Below, piece by piece: positions 26,506 to 35,643 of a stretch of DNA of 64,000 nucleotides (its first letter is position 1; every line of letters starts with the position of its first letter). A program made the position numbers and the translations under genes. The stretch lies in the IMG/VR virus record IMGVR_UViG_3300045974_000166, positions 1 through 64,000 of that record. One strand, given 5' to 3'. Origin of the DNA: a virus. The notes below the pieces were generated by a model. The model had not been told where the DNA came from, did not search any database, and worked only from the letters and a program-made list of their open reading frames with translations.

Positions 26506-26715
26506 CTATGCCCAGCGGGACATGTCGAGACCTTTCTGGATACCCAACTGGTACAATGCCTGAGCTTCGCTAGATACTAGTGGATCAAGGGCAACCATCA
26601 CTTCCCAGTTGAGTATGTCGTTTAGAGCCTTCCGAGGGTTATTCTCGTGCTCGTACTTGTAGATGTGCCGAATGACCAGCGCGTCAATGATGGCTTCTTG
26701 CCATTCGTTTTTCAT
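26506..26715 (-). CDS. hypothetical protein
   Basis: WQEAIIDAL...WEVMVALDPLVS. Confidence 0.55.
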   Translation of the reverse strand: MKNEWQEAIIDALVIRHIYKYEHENNPRKALNDILNWEVMVALDPLVSSEAQALYQLGIQKGLDMSRWA

Positions 26716-26993
26716 AGCCCTAGCCTTTCTTCCAACTTTTCACTCAGGTTACCATAGCCTGATCCCAAAATTTCGTAGCAGGAACGCAACAGGACTTCAT
26801 CGGCATCTCGCTCGGCCTCTAAACTCTCCCATGCCTTTGTTACATAGGTGTTTTTGTGCCTGGCATCAGATTCTTTCAGCCGCTCATTCTCAGCTTCAAG
26901 TGTGGCAATATATGAAACTGCCTTCTCGAGAGTAGCTAATTCTCTGTCATTGGTGATCATTTCACTTCCCTCAGATCTGTACCGACTATGCAC
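26712..26993 (-). CDS. hypothetical coiled-coil protein
   Basis: ORF track; start uncertain. Confidence 0.45.
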   Translation of the reverse strand: MHSRYRSEGSEMITNDRELATLEKAVSYIATLEAENERLKESDARHKNTYVTKAWESLEAERDADEVLLRSCYEILGSGYGNLSEKLEERLGL

Positions 26994-27142
26994 TTCATTT
27001 CTCGGTCAAACCACACCCCTTGTACAGCATCACATTTTTCTCTACCTTCGGTATGCTGTTTGTTAAAGAAATAGATCAGCGGGGTAAATGTCACAGCAAT
27101 GATGATAAGCATGAATATCAAGTCTTTTGTTCTATTACTCAT
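26957..27142 (-). CDS. small membrane-anchored protein
   Basis: N-terminal TM, C-x6-W..C. Confidence 0.5.
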   Translation of the reverse strand: MSNRTKDLIFMLIIIAVTFTPLIYFFNKQHTEGREKCDAVQGVWFDREMKCIVGTDLREVK

Positions 27143-27423
27143 GTGGTACCCATCAATGCTTTATGAGCAATAGAACCACATTCGCCTCTGGAGCTCATGC
27201 TGTTGTTAGCACACAGGGAAATTTCATACAGTGCTTTACGAAGCCTAGCATTCTCAAGCTTCAGAAGCATAATGTCTTCGTCCTTCACGGAGATTTCTCG
27301 AGAACCTTCAAAACCGCATTGAGGACATTCGATCCGTGTGTACAACTCATTTGGTGCTGGTTGTATCAGCTCGTAATTGTATTCAATCTTCACTTTACAG
27401 TCTCTCTTGTTACGGTCACACAT
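27139..27423 (-). CDS. hypothetical protein (CPQC)
   Basis: ORF track; start uncertain. Confidence 0.4.
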   Translation of the reverse strand: MCDRNKRDCKVKIEYNYELIQPAPNELYTRIECPQCGFEGSREISVKDEDIMLLKLENARLRKALYEISLCANNSMSSRGECGSIAHKALMGTT

Positions 27424-27547
27424 TTGCCGTTGTGCATTTCACCTTTGAATTGTTCCGCACAGAGGGCAATCTTCCCATTTTCTTCTCCCGTTTTGGATCC
27501 AATAAATCCCACACCAAGCATTAATGCTACAAGTACGATAAATTCAG

Positions 27548-27733
27548 TCATGGTTCAATGTGCTCCTCGGCAGATTTAAGAAAATTCTCACAGTATTCCA
27601 GCAAGGCAAGATTTGCCTCTACTGAACTTTTAAATGGTCCATAATTGTTGGCCCATGTTTCATCCCAGAAGTACCAGAGCCCGTCAATTTCTTCAACTGG
27701 GTTCAAATGACCCGATTCGTCGCGTTCTAACAT
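27548..27733 (-). CDS. hypothetical protein
   Basis: WYFWDETW..YGPF motif. Confidence 0.55.
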   Translation of the reverse strand: MLERDESGHLNPVEEIDGLWYFWDETWANNYGPFKSSVEANLALLEYCENFLKSAEEHIEP

Positions 27734-28206
27734 ATGCTTCCTTCTAATTTAGAACATGCATCTACAAATTTTTGCATGTCATTTTTACCATCATCAAATG
27801 CTTCATCGTGAGCATACTGAAGTTCTTGGAGTATCCGGATAAACCTATTGTACTCACTTGGGACATCGATGTTGATGTGATAAGTTTTTTGGATTTTTCG
27901 GACTATCGGTTTTTGAGATTCTTCTGAGATAAGGCCATAATGCCGTCGCAGCTTGCCATTTGAATAAAATGGAACTAGTACTCCAATGGAATCTCTAATC
28001 TTCCGCTTGGTATCAACATAGTCGACTCCATAGTCTTCGATGTAGCAACCACATCCTTGATTCAAAATGTAACCCTTTGAATCTTTCACAATTCTGGCAA
28101 GAGCAGCTGAATTCTTTTTCAGAATCCCTGCTCTTCGTTCTGCTTTAGTTATTGGCTGTAACATGTGGTTTCTTAAGTCGAATGCAACGACGGATTGAGC
28201 GTGCAT
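27727..28206 (-). CDS. hypothetical protein
   Basis: ORF track; true start probably downstream. Confidence 0.5.
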   Translation of the reverse strand: MHAQSVVAFDLRNHMLQPITKAERRAGILKKNSAALARIVKDSKGYILNQGCGCYIEDYGVDYVDTKRKIRDSIGVLVPFYSNGKLRRHYGLISEESQKPIVRKIQKTYHINIDVPSEYNRFIRILQELQYAHDEAFDDGKNDMQKFVDACSKLEGSIC

Positions 28207-28765
28207 GGAGCACCTCGGGAGTAATGTGATCTACACTTTCTTGTGCTGGTCGGTGTACAATCGTAAAGTCTTCGGGGACTTGAGTATCTGCATCAAAAAC
28301 TGTATAAACAGAACCAGCTTTGAACCTGAGTCCAGATTCAGAATCTCTGAAGAAATAATCTACCATTACTCCACCATCACCCGGAGTCAATATCGACCCA
28401 AGAGATTTGTTTTCTGGAGAAGTCATGACTCGTGCGGCCTTACGGGCTACCTGGGCCAATCTTAGTGCGCGTTTGATATGGCCAATTTGAACGTTACGGC
28501 ATAATTGTTCTTCAATGGTGACTGCGAACCGATGAGCCGAAACTTCTTCACGCAAGAGTCGAAGGCAATTCGCCATAGTCTTTGGTTCAATTGAACCGCA
28601 TTCATACGCTTCAACTAACTGTTTGACCTGTGAAAATGTACCGGTGATCCGCCGGCCGTATGACCGCAGAATTATTGGATTTTTTGCCTCATTTAGCTTT
28701 CGGCAAAGATACATTGCCGCTGGAGTGTTGCCAAATGTAGTTTCGGGAATTTGTTTGTAGCTCAT
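28145..28765 (-). CDS. hypothetical protein
   Basis: ATGA coupled to upstream gene. Confidence 0.6.
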   Translation of the reverse strand: MSYKQIPETTFGNTPAAMYLCRKLNEAKNPIILRSYGRRITGTFSQVKQLVEAYECGSIEPKTMANCLRLLREEVSAHRFAVTIEEQLCRNVQIGHIKRALRLAQVARKAARVMTSPENKSLGSILTPGDGGVMVDYFFRDSESGLRFKAGSVYTVFDADTQVPEDFTIVHRPAQESVDHITPEVLHARSIRRCIRLKKPHVTANN

Positions 28766-29064
28766 AATTTGATATCCGAGTATTGTTTCAGTTTGCCCAT
28801 TTTTGCTTCAGCAGCACGAGACATAGCAGATGCAGAGATGATGCCCTTATCACAGAGAATTTTGATCATGCAGACCAGATCACCAAGTTCTTCTTCAAGA
28901 TGGTCCTTGTTGGTCCAATTGGGCTTATCTGGATGACAAGAATCCCAACCGAAGCGGAATACCTTGGAGACGGCTTGGATTGTTTCCGCGCATTCTTCCA
29001 ATAAGATATTACAGATTTCAGATTCACCGGGGGTAATCTTGCCGAGTTTAGTTATAGTTGCCAT
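28762..29064 (-). CDS. MazG-like nucleotide pyrophosphohydrolase
   Basis: LLEECAETIQAVSK..RFG...LEEELGD. Confidence 0.75.
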   Translation of the reverse strand: MATITKLGKITPGESEICNILLEECAETIQAVSKVFRFGWDSCHPDKPNWTNKDHLEEELGDLVCMIKILCDKGIISASAMSRAAEAKMGKLKQYSDIKL

Positions 29065-29525
29065 ATATGCATCTCCAGTTTTTGCATGTATTCTGAGAAT
29101 TTAGAATCTTCATATAAGAATGCATGACCTTGGCCTAGGTTGAATGAGTCAATTACCTTGGGTGTGTCATCAATAAGAAGAGTTCCCTGGGTAGAATAGT
29201 TTCTTTTTTCTTCGCCTACCCGCACGAAGTTTCTCGGGAAGGTAATCCCTTCGCGATCAAGCCAGAGATTCTTTTGACGAATGCCTTCTTCGCCCACGGA
29301 ATCATCATGTGTTCCACGAGAGGACAAGATTTCAACTGGGATGTCAAGTTCAATCAATCGCTGAACCAGTTCTTTGCCATTGGGCATCCACTCAAGATTT
29401 TCAAAGATGCGAAGATGCGACACTGCATGCCGAAACTTACGGGGTGTGTCTGGCAAATCTATAGTACTGTATGCTTTCATAAAGTTGCAGACTACACCGT
29501 CCATGTCGAGGTAAATTTTATTCAT
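29052..29525 (-). CDS. HAD-family 5'(3')-deoxyribonucleotidase-like protein
   Basis: YLDMDGV and LLIDD motifs. Confidence 0.85.
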   Translation of the reverse strand: MNKIYLDMDGVVCNFMKAYSTIDLPDTPRKFRHAVSHLRIFENLEWMPNGKELVQRLIELDIPVEILSSRGTHDDSVGEEGIRQKNLWLDREGITFPRNFVRVGEEKRNYSTQGTLLIDDTPKVIDSFNLGQGHAFLYEDSKFSEYMQKLEMHIWQL

Positions 29526-29751
29526 ATGAGATTATAGAATCAAGTCTAAAGGCGCGCCAGTCTTTGATCAAAAGATCATACACACAGACGATGCCGGGGC
29601 GGTTAAGAACTGGTGTGTTAACACCTTCGTGTTGAGAATCTGGAATCCGAGAAAGACTACGAGTACAAGCCATTGTACGAACGATGTTCTTTTTGGTGAT
29701 GAATTTCACCACCACGGTTCCATTTTCTAATTTTTCTAATAAAATTTTCAT
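29518..29751 (-). CDS. WYL_2/SH3-like small phage protein (paralog of 23983)
   Basis: VVVKFITK..RTMACT..VYDLLIKDWRAFR. Confidence 0.7.
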   Translation of the reverse strand: MKILLEKLENGTVVVKFITKKNIVRTMACTRSLSRIPDSQHEGVNTPVLNRPGIVCVYDLLIKDWRAFRLDSIISYE

Positions 29752-30212
29752 GATATAACCTTGTAAGCGGATGTGATCCGAGTATTCAGAAGGAGTGCGA
29801 CGCCATCAACTAAGGCACCATCTACGATTGCAAATGCATGGTTTGAACTAACGCAAACGTACCGACCAGTCGGATACTTTTTCATGAATGATTTAATCGA
29901 GATTCCGGGATTAATTGGAGCAGCGCAGCCGAGATTTTCAAAAATGAAAGATTCTACTTTGGCAGACAAAGTTGTGCCAAAAGTACCTAGAGGAAATAAG
30001 CCCAAGGCCAGATAGGCTTTGATGCAGATTCTTGTTTCGGTAGACTTACGATCCCTGCGACCATAGAACTTGAACACATCGTGAACTTTTTCATATGGTA
30101 ACCCGGTTGCGTTTGACACGGCACAAACTGCACAATCGGAATACTCACCGTCACGTGAAACACCACGCGACTTCGGAAAGATTGCCGTTTTGTAATTAAC
30201 TGGTGTAGCCAT
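29748..30212 (-). CDS. hypothetical protein
   Basis: DCAVCAVSNATG..HAFAIVDG. Confidence 0.65.
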   Translation of the reverse strand: MATPVNYKTAIFPKSRGVSRDGEYSDCAVCAVSNATGLPYEKVHDVFKFYGRRDRKSTETRICIKAYLALGLFPLGTFGTTLSAKVESFIFENLGCAAPINPGISIKSFMKKYPTGRYVCVSSNHAFAIVDGALVDGVALLLNTRITSAYKVIS

Positions 30213-30214
30213 GA

Positions 30215-30289
30215 TCAAATATTGAATTTGATCACGCAGATGACATAAATGACTGCTGCAACCACAACTACAATGTTAACTATATCCAT
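30215..30289 (-). CDS. 24-aa single-TM peptide (not in ORF track)
   Basis: MDIVNIVVVVAAVIYVICVIKFNI, directly after cassette SD. Confidence 0.55.
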   Translation of the reverse strand: MDIVNIVVVVAAVIYVICVIKFNI

Positions 30290-30320
30290 GACTTTTCCTT
30301 TGAGTTTCAGAAGATGATTC

Positions 30321-30352
30321 ATTATAAACCATCTGTCAATATGTGTAAATTT
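30321..30352 (-). promoter_or_regulatory. early promoter cassette
   Basis: TTTACA-17-TATAAT. Confidence 0.8.
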
Positions 30353-30422
30353 TCTTCTAATGAAAAAAGTAGGGTAGGTGTGTTACCATTCACGTGGTAC
30401 TAGACGATCGAACTACGACGAT

Positions 30423-30716
30423 CTAAGCAGCGAGCTCATCGGCAATAATAATCGGTTGTATGGTAACTCCATAAGATATTTTATCTTCTGGTGTTTCAAT
30501 ATGAAAGTCCGAATATGTCCCAGAACAATTGAAACAATGCTCATATTTAGCAAGTAAATTAAGTTTCGTTACTTCTGTTTCACCATAAAATCGTTTTCTC
30601 TCGGCATAAGACATTCTTTGATAATACTCAACGAATTCATCTGTGGCCTTTTGGGCATATTCTTTAGATACACCAAAATGAGCCCAGCCGCATTTATTAC
30701 ATACGAGGGACATCAT
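30423..30716 (-). CDS. hypothetical Zn-ribbon protein
   Basis: CNKC...CFNC. Confidence 0.55.
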   Translation of the reverse strand: MMSLVCNKCGWAHFGVSKEYAQKATDEFVEYYQRMSYAERKRFYGETEVTKLNLLAKYEHCFNCSGTYSDFHIETPEDKISYGVTIQPIIIADELAA

Positions 30717-30991
30717 GAATCAATACCCGGGCAGGTTCCATTAACTTTCGGTCCAGTCGGATTAAACAGAGAAAACCCAACAAAATAAACAGGCATAACA
30801 ATAGTTTCAATAAGAATTATTGACCAAACGACATTACCAACGGAAATCTTATAACACACATCTTTGTTTGGCTGATTGAATAATCCATATGTCGAATATT
30901 CTTTTGTCCCGGTGGCCGTGGTAATATCCATTGTACGACCACAAGCAGTTAAAAGAGAAACAATAAGAATAAGAGCAATTAATTTCTTCAT
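30713..30991 (-). CDS. putative lipoprotein
   Basis: MKK + hydrophobic stretch + lipobox LTAC. Confidence 0.7.
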   Translation of the reverse strand: MKKLIALILIVSLLTACGRTMDITTATGTKEYSTYGLFNQPNKDVCYKISVGNVVWSIILIETIVMPVYFVGFSLFNPTGPKVNGTCPGIDS

Positions 30992-30992
30992 A

Positions 30993-31907
30993 TTACCACA
31001 CAGCCTCATCGGGGAGTAATTTTCTATATTGGATAAACCCACAGAAATTGGCCGACCACATTTTGTTCTTGACATCTTTATGAGTTACACCGCGTTCGTA
31101 TGGAGCAAATGGAGTCGGCACAGTCATTGGGGTGCCGAGATGTTCAAACGGACTTGCATGGGCACGATCCATTCCGACCAACTTGTTGTAGATATCCAGA
31201 GCCTTGCCGATTGAGTCATCTAACCTACGATAGGAAACTTGGGCACAGCAAGAGGCCGAGACCTTTTGAGCATCCTCAAGAGTCATATCATTTTCAAACA
31301 CCTGCACAAACTGACCGCTGAGTTCGGATTTGACATACGGCAGATGCCATTGTCCGGGTGATAGAAATTGTGGCGCGGATTGCTCAAACGCTTCGGCAAC
31401 ACAACGAGCAAGTTCATGAAATTCTGGTTGGGCAGCATCATGGTTACGGAGCCAAAGCATGTTTGCCCATTCAGTTCCGGACACAACAGACTTCATCATC
31501 TGCCACGGCTCGGAGATTCGGTTGGCAATTTGCTTGTGTAGACCAATTAGATCAATACGAGTTACATGATCTAGTGCTGAAACCATAGCAGATCCCCAGA
31601 GCATTTTGGCATACAATTTCTCATCACCACTAAGTTCTTCAGTGGCGGACATACCCGCTTTATTCTTTCCCCAGAACACAGGTTCAGCAGGAGATTCTTC
31701 GATTAGTTCAATCATTCGTGCAATAGGAATAGCACGAGAGCTAGCCGAGTTTTTCGAGAGCATTCGGTGAGTCATAACTTCAGAATGTATAAATCTTGGA
31801 TATATCAGCTCAAAAGTAGTCAGTCTGTTTCCAGCCGAATTAATAGAATCTGCAATTACAGTGGCAGAGATACCACTTTTACCTTCAATTTTCACCATTT
31901 GAATCAA
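30993..31907 (-). CDS. thyX: flavin-dependent thymidylate synthase ThyX (phage type)
   Basis: YPRFIHSEVMTHR..NSASSRAIP, HASPFEH. Confidence 0.9.
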   Translation of the reverse strand: MIQMVKIEGKSGISATVIADSINSAGNRLTTFELIYPRFIHSEVMTHRMLSKNSASSRAIPIARMIELIEESPAEPVFWGKNKAGMSATEELSGDEKLYAKMLWGSAMVSALDHVTRIDLIGLHKQIANRISEPWQMMKSVVSGTEWANMLWLRNHDAAQPEFHELARCVAEAFEQSAPQFLSPGQWHLPYVKSELSGQFVQVFENDMTLEDAQKVSASCCAQVSYRRLDDSIGKALDIYNKLVGMDRAHASPFEHLGTPMTVPTPFAPYERGVTHKDVKNKMWSANFCGFIQYRKLLPDEAVW

Positions 31908-32130
31908 TACCCAAAGTTGACGGAGAATGATCTAACACATCATGATATAGACCAGATTCTTTTTTGTAGAAAAAAGCATCCGGATCTTCTATTGTGATAT
32001 AAAGATCCGAATGAAAAATAGCATAATCGACGAACGAACCATCGTCATAGTTGTACACACGAAAGAAATATGTTCCGTCGGTGTTTATAAGGTGCCCGGA
32101 GGCGCCATGAGCCCATCTACTTGTTCCCAT
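31885..32130 (-). CDS. hypothetical protein
   Basis: FRVY..FVDY.I.HSDL.ITIED motif; start re-set. Confidence 0.5.
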   Translation of the reverse strand: MGTSRWAHGASGHLINTDGTYFFRVYNYDDGSFVDYAIFHSDLYITIEDPDAFFYKKESGLYHDVLDHSPSTLGIDSNGEN

Positions 32131-32581
32131 AATAGCAGTCTGAGTGTTGACCGAAAATGCCGCCAGTACAATCAAATGCATGGCCTTCAGCTACCCATTG
32201 TTCCAATGTTTTTGGCTGTGATGGGACTGGTCCTGGTTTATGCACGCGTACAACATGCGGTGGGCCCGCTGGTTCATCCATATGAACACACGTCTCGAAA
32301 TCACCTTTACTAACTTCACAACATGGATTTGTTGGTGTTGATTCTTTAATACATTCACACTTTTCGAAGTCCGAATCAAAGAGCAAGAAATCACGGTCAC
32401 CGAACATATGTTCAGATGCAGTTGGCGCATATAGCGCAGTTTCGGGTGCAATAGAAAACCCGGCGCCGGCGCAAAGTTGTAGGAATTTTGGGAATGCATC
32501 AACCCAGATTTCTGTTTCAAATTCTACCGTAACTACTGAACCGTCAAAATCGTCGGTGCATTGAAATGTAAATTTACTCAT
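32117..32581 (-). CDS. hypothetical protein
   Basis: SD AAAGGA; MSKFTF..VTVEF..FPKFLQ..GF. Confidence 0.55.
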   Translation of the reverse strand: MSKFTFQCTDDFDGSVVTVEFETEIWVDAFPKFLQLCAGAGFSIAPETALYAPTASEHMFGDRDFLLFDSDFEKCECIKESTPTNPCCEVSKGDFETCVHMDEPAGPPHVVRVHKPGPVPSQPKTLEQWVAEGHAFDCTGGIFGQHSDCYYGNK

Positions 32582-32594
32582 TTTAGTTTTCCTT

Positions 32595-32894
32595 TTATAA
32601 AATTGTTGAACGATGTGAAAATGTCGAAATAGTTACAGTCTTGGCATCGACCTTGGCCCGTTCTTCTGGTGTCATATCACGGTGGTGCCATTTGCCTGTG
32701 CCTTCATCATCCCAGACTTTGTAAGCCCAGGAGTCTCGGTTAAGACACCGTGCTTTGACCGTTCCTGGTTGTCGGCCGACAGCTTCTTCAATGGAAACTA
32801 CCACATACTTGTTCGTCCACACAGATGAACCCCGACGAAGTGGGTGTACGAATGTAACACCCACATAGGCAGTTTTGCCCCACATATCATTCAT
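32595..32894 (-). CDS. hypothetical protein
   Basis: SD AAAGGA. Confidence 0.55.
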   Translation of the reverse strand: MNDMWGKTAYVGVTFVHPLRRGSSVWTNKYVVVSIEEAVGRQPGTVKARCLNRDSWAYKVWDDEGTGKWHHRDMTPEERAKVDAKTVTISTFSHRSTIL

Positions 32895-32906
32895 TTTGAT
32901 TTTCCT

Positions 32907-33191
32907 TTAAGTTATATGCAATGCCACATAGACCTTACCTTCTTGGCCGGTAAGGTCTTTAAATTTTGTCTTTGCTTCTTGAATTTCATATCCAAGAGAA
33001 GTTAGATCAAATTCCGTTTGGTCACCATACAGCGCCCAGAAGCCGATAATGTTCTGATCTCGGGGTGAATCATAGTAACAAGATGAACGTTCCAGATCAC
33101 CATCGGCAATCAGATCACATAGATTTTCACAGAAGACAATGTCTTCGTATGGCAGACCAACGATGATGCCGCAATCCGACTCAACACTCAT
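32907..33191 (-). CDS. hypothetical protein
   Basis: ATGA-coupled to ligase. Confidence 0.6.
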   Translation of the reverse strand: MSVESDCGIIVGLPYEDIVFCENLCDLIADGDLERSSCYYDSPRDQNIIGFWALYGDQTEFDLTSLGYEIQEAKTKFKDLTGQEGKVYVALHIT

Positions 33192-34486
33192 TTCAGTTCT
33201 TTCAAAGAGTTTGCAACATTTTTGTCGAAGCGGATTTGTTTGTACACGGGCAAGAACAGGCTCTTGGTATCGCGGCCCTTTGAGCTGATCACCTCGTTGT
33301 AAGCCACTTCAATAATCTTACCGATGAATTCGGATGCATCCTTAGAGCGGTCTTCATCTTTCAGACCAGTACCGACACCTGTATTTAGGAGGCCGTCTGA
33401 GGTTTCACAGATCAGGTTGCCGATCATGTTGGCATACTTGCCGGCACCTTTTTCGACACCAACACAGATCAGGTCGGCAGATTCTTCAGCTTTCAGCTTC
33501 ACGGAGTTCTTAGAGCGCTTGTCTTCCCAGACAGAATCCAACACTTTGATGATCGCACCTTCTTGTTTACGAGCACGCATTTGTTCATAGAACTCAATGC
33601 ATTCGGCAATGGTTTTCACATTCTTGCCTTCGACCACACGCACCCGGCGAGACCAGTAAGGAGCAAGTTTCTGCAGAGTAGTCCAACGATCAGAATAGAA
33701 AGCTTCACCTTGACCTTCAAGATATTGTTCAAGAGAAACCACGTCCCAGAGCACGATTGTGAACTGGTCCACTTCGGCTTCGGTTGCGGTGTTCCGAACC
33801 AACTTTGTATAGATACCATTAGATTTCTTACGGTCAGGAATGCCTGCGGCAGATTTGATGATCAGTTCGCCGTCAAATACTTGACCGCGGAAATCCCTGA
33901 AGTCTGCATCAAAGAGGCCGTACACATTGAGCTCAGAGCCGTTACGAGAGCGGCAAGCTACCGTACCATCTGGATCAACAGTGATCAACACGCGACCGCC
34001 GTCTTCCTTTAGGGAAACATTGAAACCACATTTGTTCTCAAATTTCTCGAGATACTTGCGAGTCTTGGCATTGAACTTGTCGCAGAGCATCACGGGATAC
34101 TCGGGCACCAGCTTGGGCCAGACTTTGGAAGCCAAGGTGTCCGACGCGCCACAGCGCAGATCATGATGCAGGATTCGGCAAGCAATAGCTGCGGCCGGGA
34201 AAGTGAGTGATTCGATCAGAGTCTGGAATTCAGCACGGGCGGCATCACCGGTCACCTTACGGGCAATGAGTCGGTCAAGTACTTCAAAGACACAAGGACC
34301 GATGTCATTTTTGCCGGTAGTCTTTGGCACTTCTGTGTACCGAATCCAGAAATTGAAGCGAGGATTGTATGCATACTCGAAACACTTTTTCAGAGTTTCG
34401 TTGGAGGCATGAGTTTTCAGGATCGCCAACTTCTCGTTGGTGGAAGCAGTCTGGGCGATCTGATCGACGATTTTGAAAATAGACAT
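33188..34486 (-). CDS. 30: ATP-dependent DNA ligase (gp30-like)
   Basis: KEDG, FDGEL, EGAIIK, VKLK, SLFLP motifs; start re-set to ATG 34486. Confidence 0.93.
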   Translation of the reverse strand: MSIFKIVDQIAQTASTNEKLAILKTHASNETLKKCFEYAYNPRFNFWIRYTEVPKTTGKNDIGPCVFEVLDRLIARKVTGDAARAEFQTLIESLTFPAAAIACRILHHDLRCGASDTLASKVWPKLVPEYPVMLCDKFNAKTRKYLEKFENKCGFNVSLKEDGGRVLITVDPDGTVACRSRNGSELNVYGLFDADFRDFRGQVFDGELIIKSAAGIPDRKKSNGIYTKLVRNTATEAEVDQFTIVLWDVVSLEQYLEGQGEAFYSDRWTTLQKLAPYWSRRVRVVEGKNVKTIAECIEFYEQMRARKQEGAIIKVLDSVWEDKRSKNSVKLKAEESADLICVGVEKGAGKYANMIGNLICETSDGLLNTGVGTGLKDEDRSKDASEFIGKIIEVAYNEVISSKGRDTKSLFLPVYKQIRFDKNVANSLKELK

Positions 34487-34487
34487 A

Positions 34488-34691
34488 TTAAGCGATAAAG
34501 TCGTAGGAATATTCATCATCAACACGGCACATGGAAACCCCACCGGTGGTCAGACCCATCAGAGCTTCTTGCAGCTTATTGGCTTCACGGTGAGTGATGT
34601 CACACACAAAGAGCGTACCGAAGGAAAATTCAGCCTGGGCCGAACCAAGAACCTCGGTCACCCGAGTCAACACAACCGTTTCAAAACCCAT
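34488..34691 (-). CDS. hypothetical early protein
   Basis: First ORF after cassette. Confidence 0.55.
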   Translation of the reverse strand: MGFETVVLTRVTEVLGSAQAEFSFGTLFVCDITHREANKLQEALMGLTTGGVSMCRVDDEYSYDFIA

Positions 34692-34720
34692 GATATTTCC
34701 TTTGTTTCAGAAGATGATTT

Positions 34721-34752
34721 ATTATAACACAATTAGAATTATGTGTAAATTA
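34721..34752 (-). promoter_or_regulatory. early promoter cassette
   Basis: TAATTTACA-17-TATAAT. Confidence 0.85.
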
Positions 34753-35040
34753 AAGTAGTTTGATTACTTTACAAAGTAGTTCGTCGGCAAGTTTACTATC
34801 TACCCAAGCAATATAGCCGTCTTCATCAAGTTCACCTGGGATTATGTGAGCTTTTATCAGCGGCACATAAAGTTCACGTTCCCAACTAGAATTACCAAAC
34901 GGCCGTTTTCCAGAAAAGCCTTCTTTTTCTTGTACTAGAGTAGTAAGTAGAAGTTGGAAATAATGCCGGATTGTTTTTGCTCCGGCATCATTTTCTTCCA
35001 TTTCAAGATCAAGAACGGGTTGCTTAGTAAGCTTCGGCAT
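34750..35040 (-). CDS. hypothetical protein
   Basis: EGFSGKRPFGNSSWE motif; start re-set. Confidence 0.6.
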   Translation of the reverse strand: MPKLTKQPVLDLEMEENDAGAKTIRHYFQLLLTTLVQEKEGFSGKRPFGNSSWERELYVPLIKAHIIPGELDEDGYIAWVDSKLADELLCKVIKLL

Positions 35041-35254
35041 ATGAGTACCAGGTACCATCAGAATTTTGGCATGCAGACCAAGAGACTCTGCGGTTACCGC
35101 ATTCACATCGCCGAGATTCTCCATCCCAGCCGCCGCATTTAGATTTGTCTTCATCGAGATAATTGTTACAATTCATCCCATCAAACTCAATCAAGTAAGG
35201 ACCATGGTCCTTGGTTGCGTTCGAGAGTGCCTCAGCCCAGGTGGCGTAGCTCAT
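35024..35254 (-). CDS. hypothetical Cys-containing protein
   Basis: GWDGESRRCECGNRRVSW; start re-set. Confidence 0.55.
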   Translation of the reverse strand: MSYATWAEALSNATKDHGPYLIEFDGMNCNNYLDEDKSKCGGWDGESRRCECGNRRVSWSACQNSDGTWYSYAEAY

Positions 35255-35622
35255 TTGCGCGGCACAGCCATGACGATTCGGTAGCCCGTGTTGGTAGCAG
35301 TCTGCCAAAGTGGTTCTTGCACAACAGTCACTTGGCAATACTTGAGAGCAATCTGACCACCAGTCATTACTGCTTCATCGATTACCTTGGCGACCTTGGG
35401 ATCCAACACAGAGAATGCCCAGATGTTTCCGCCGCGGATTCCATTAGCATTGCCTGCAATCTTCTCGCCTTCCATGACGAGTTCGCCTTCCCAGGATTTA
35501 TTCACAAACCCCTTAGACGAGAACTTTTGAACGGATCCTACACGGACACCATCAGAGTAACATTCTGCCGTTGCTGCCAAAGCCGTTAAGGCCAGGGCAG
35601 CAACCATGATGATCTTTTTCAT
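35251..35622 (-). CDS. secreted/periplasmic hypothetical protein
   Basis: Signal peptide; YSDGVRVG.VQKFS.KG...WEGEL. Confidence 0.7.
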   Translation of the reverse strand: MKKIIMVAALALTALAATAECYSDGVRVGSVQKFSSKGFVNKSWEGELVMEGEKIAGNANGIRGGNIWAFSVLDPKVAKVIDEAVMTGGQIALKYCQVTVVQEPLWQTATNTGYRIVMAVPRK

Positions 35623-35643
35623 GATTGCTTTTCCTTTTTAAGT

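Noticed and set aside
30355-30422. Possible small RNA or terminator between two early blocks
   Set aside because: Only a short TACCA/TGGTA hairpin and a T-run on the - strand; too weak to call
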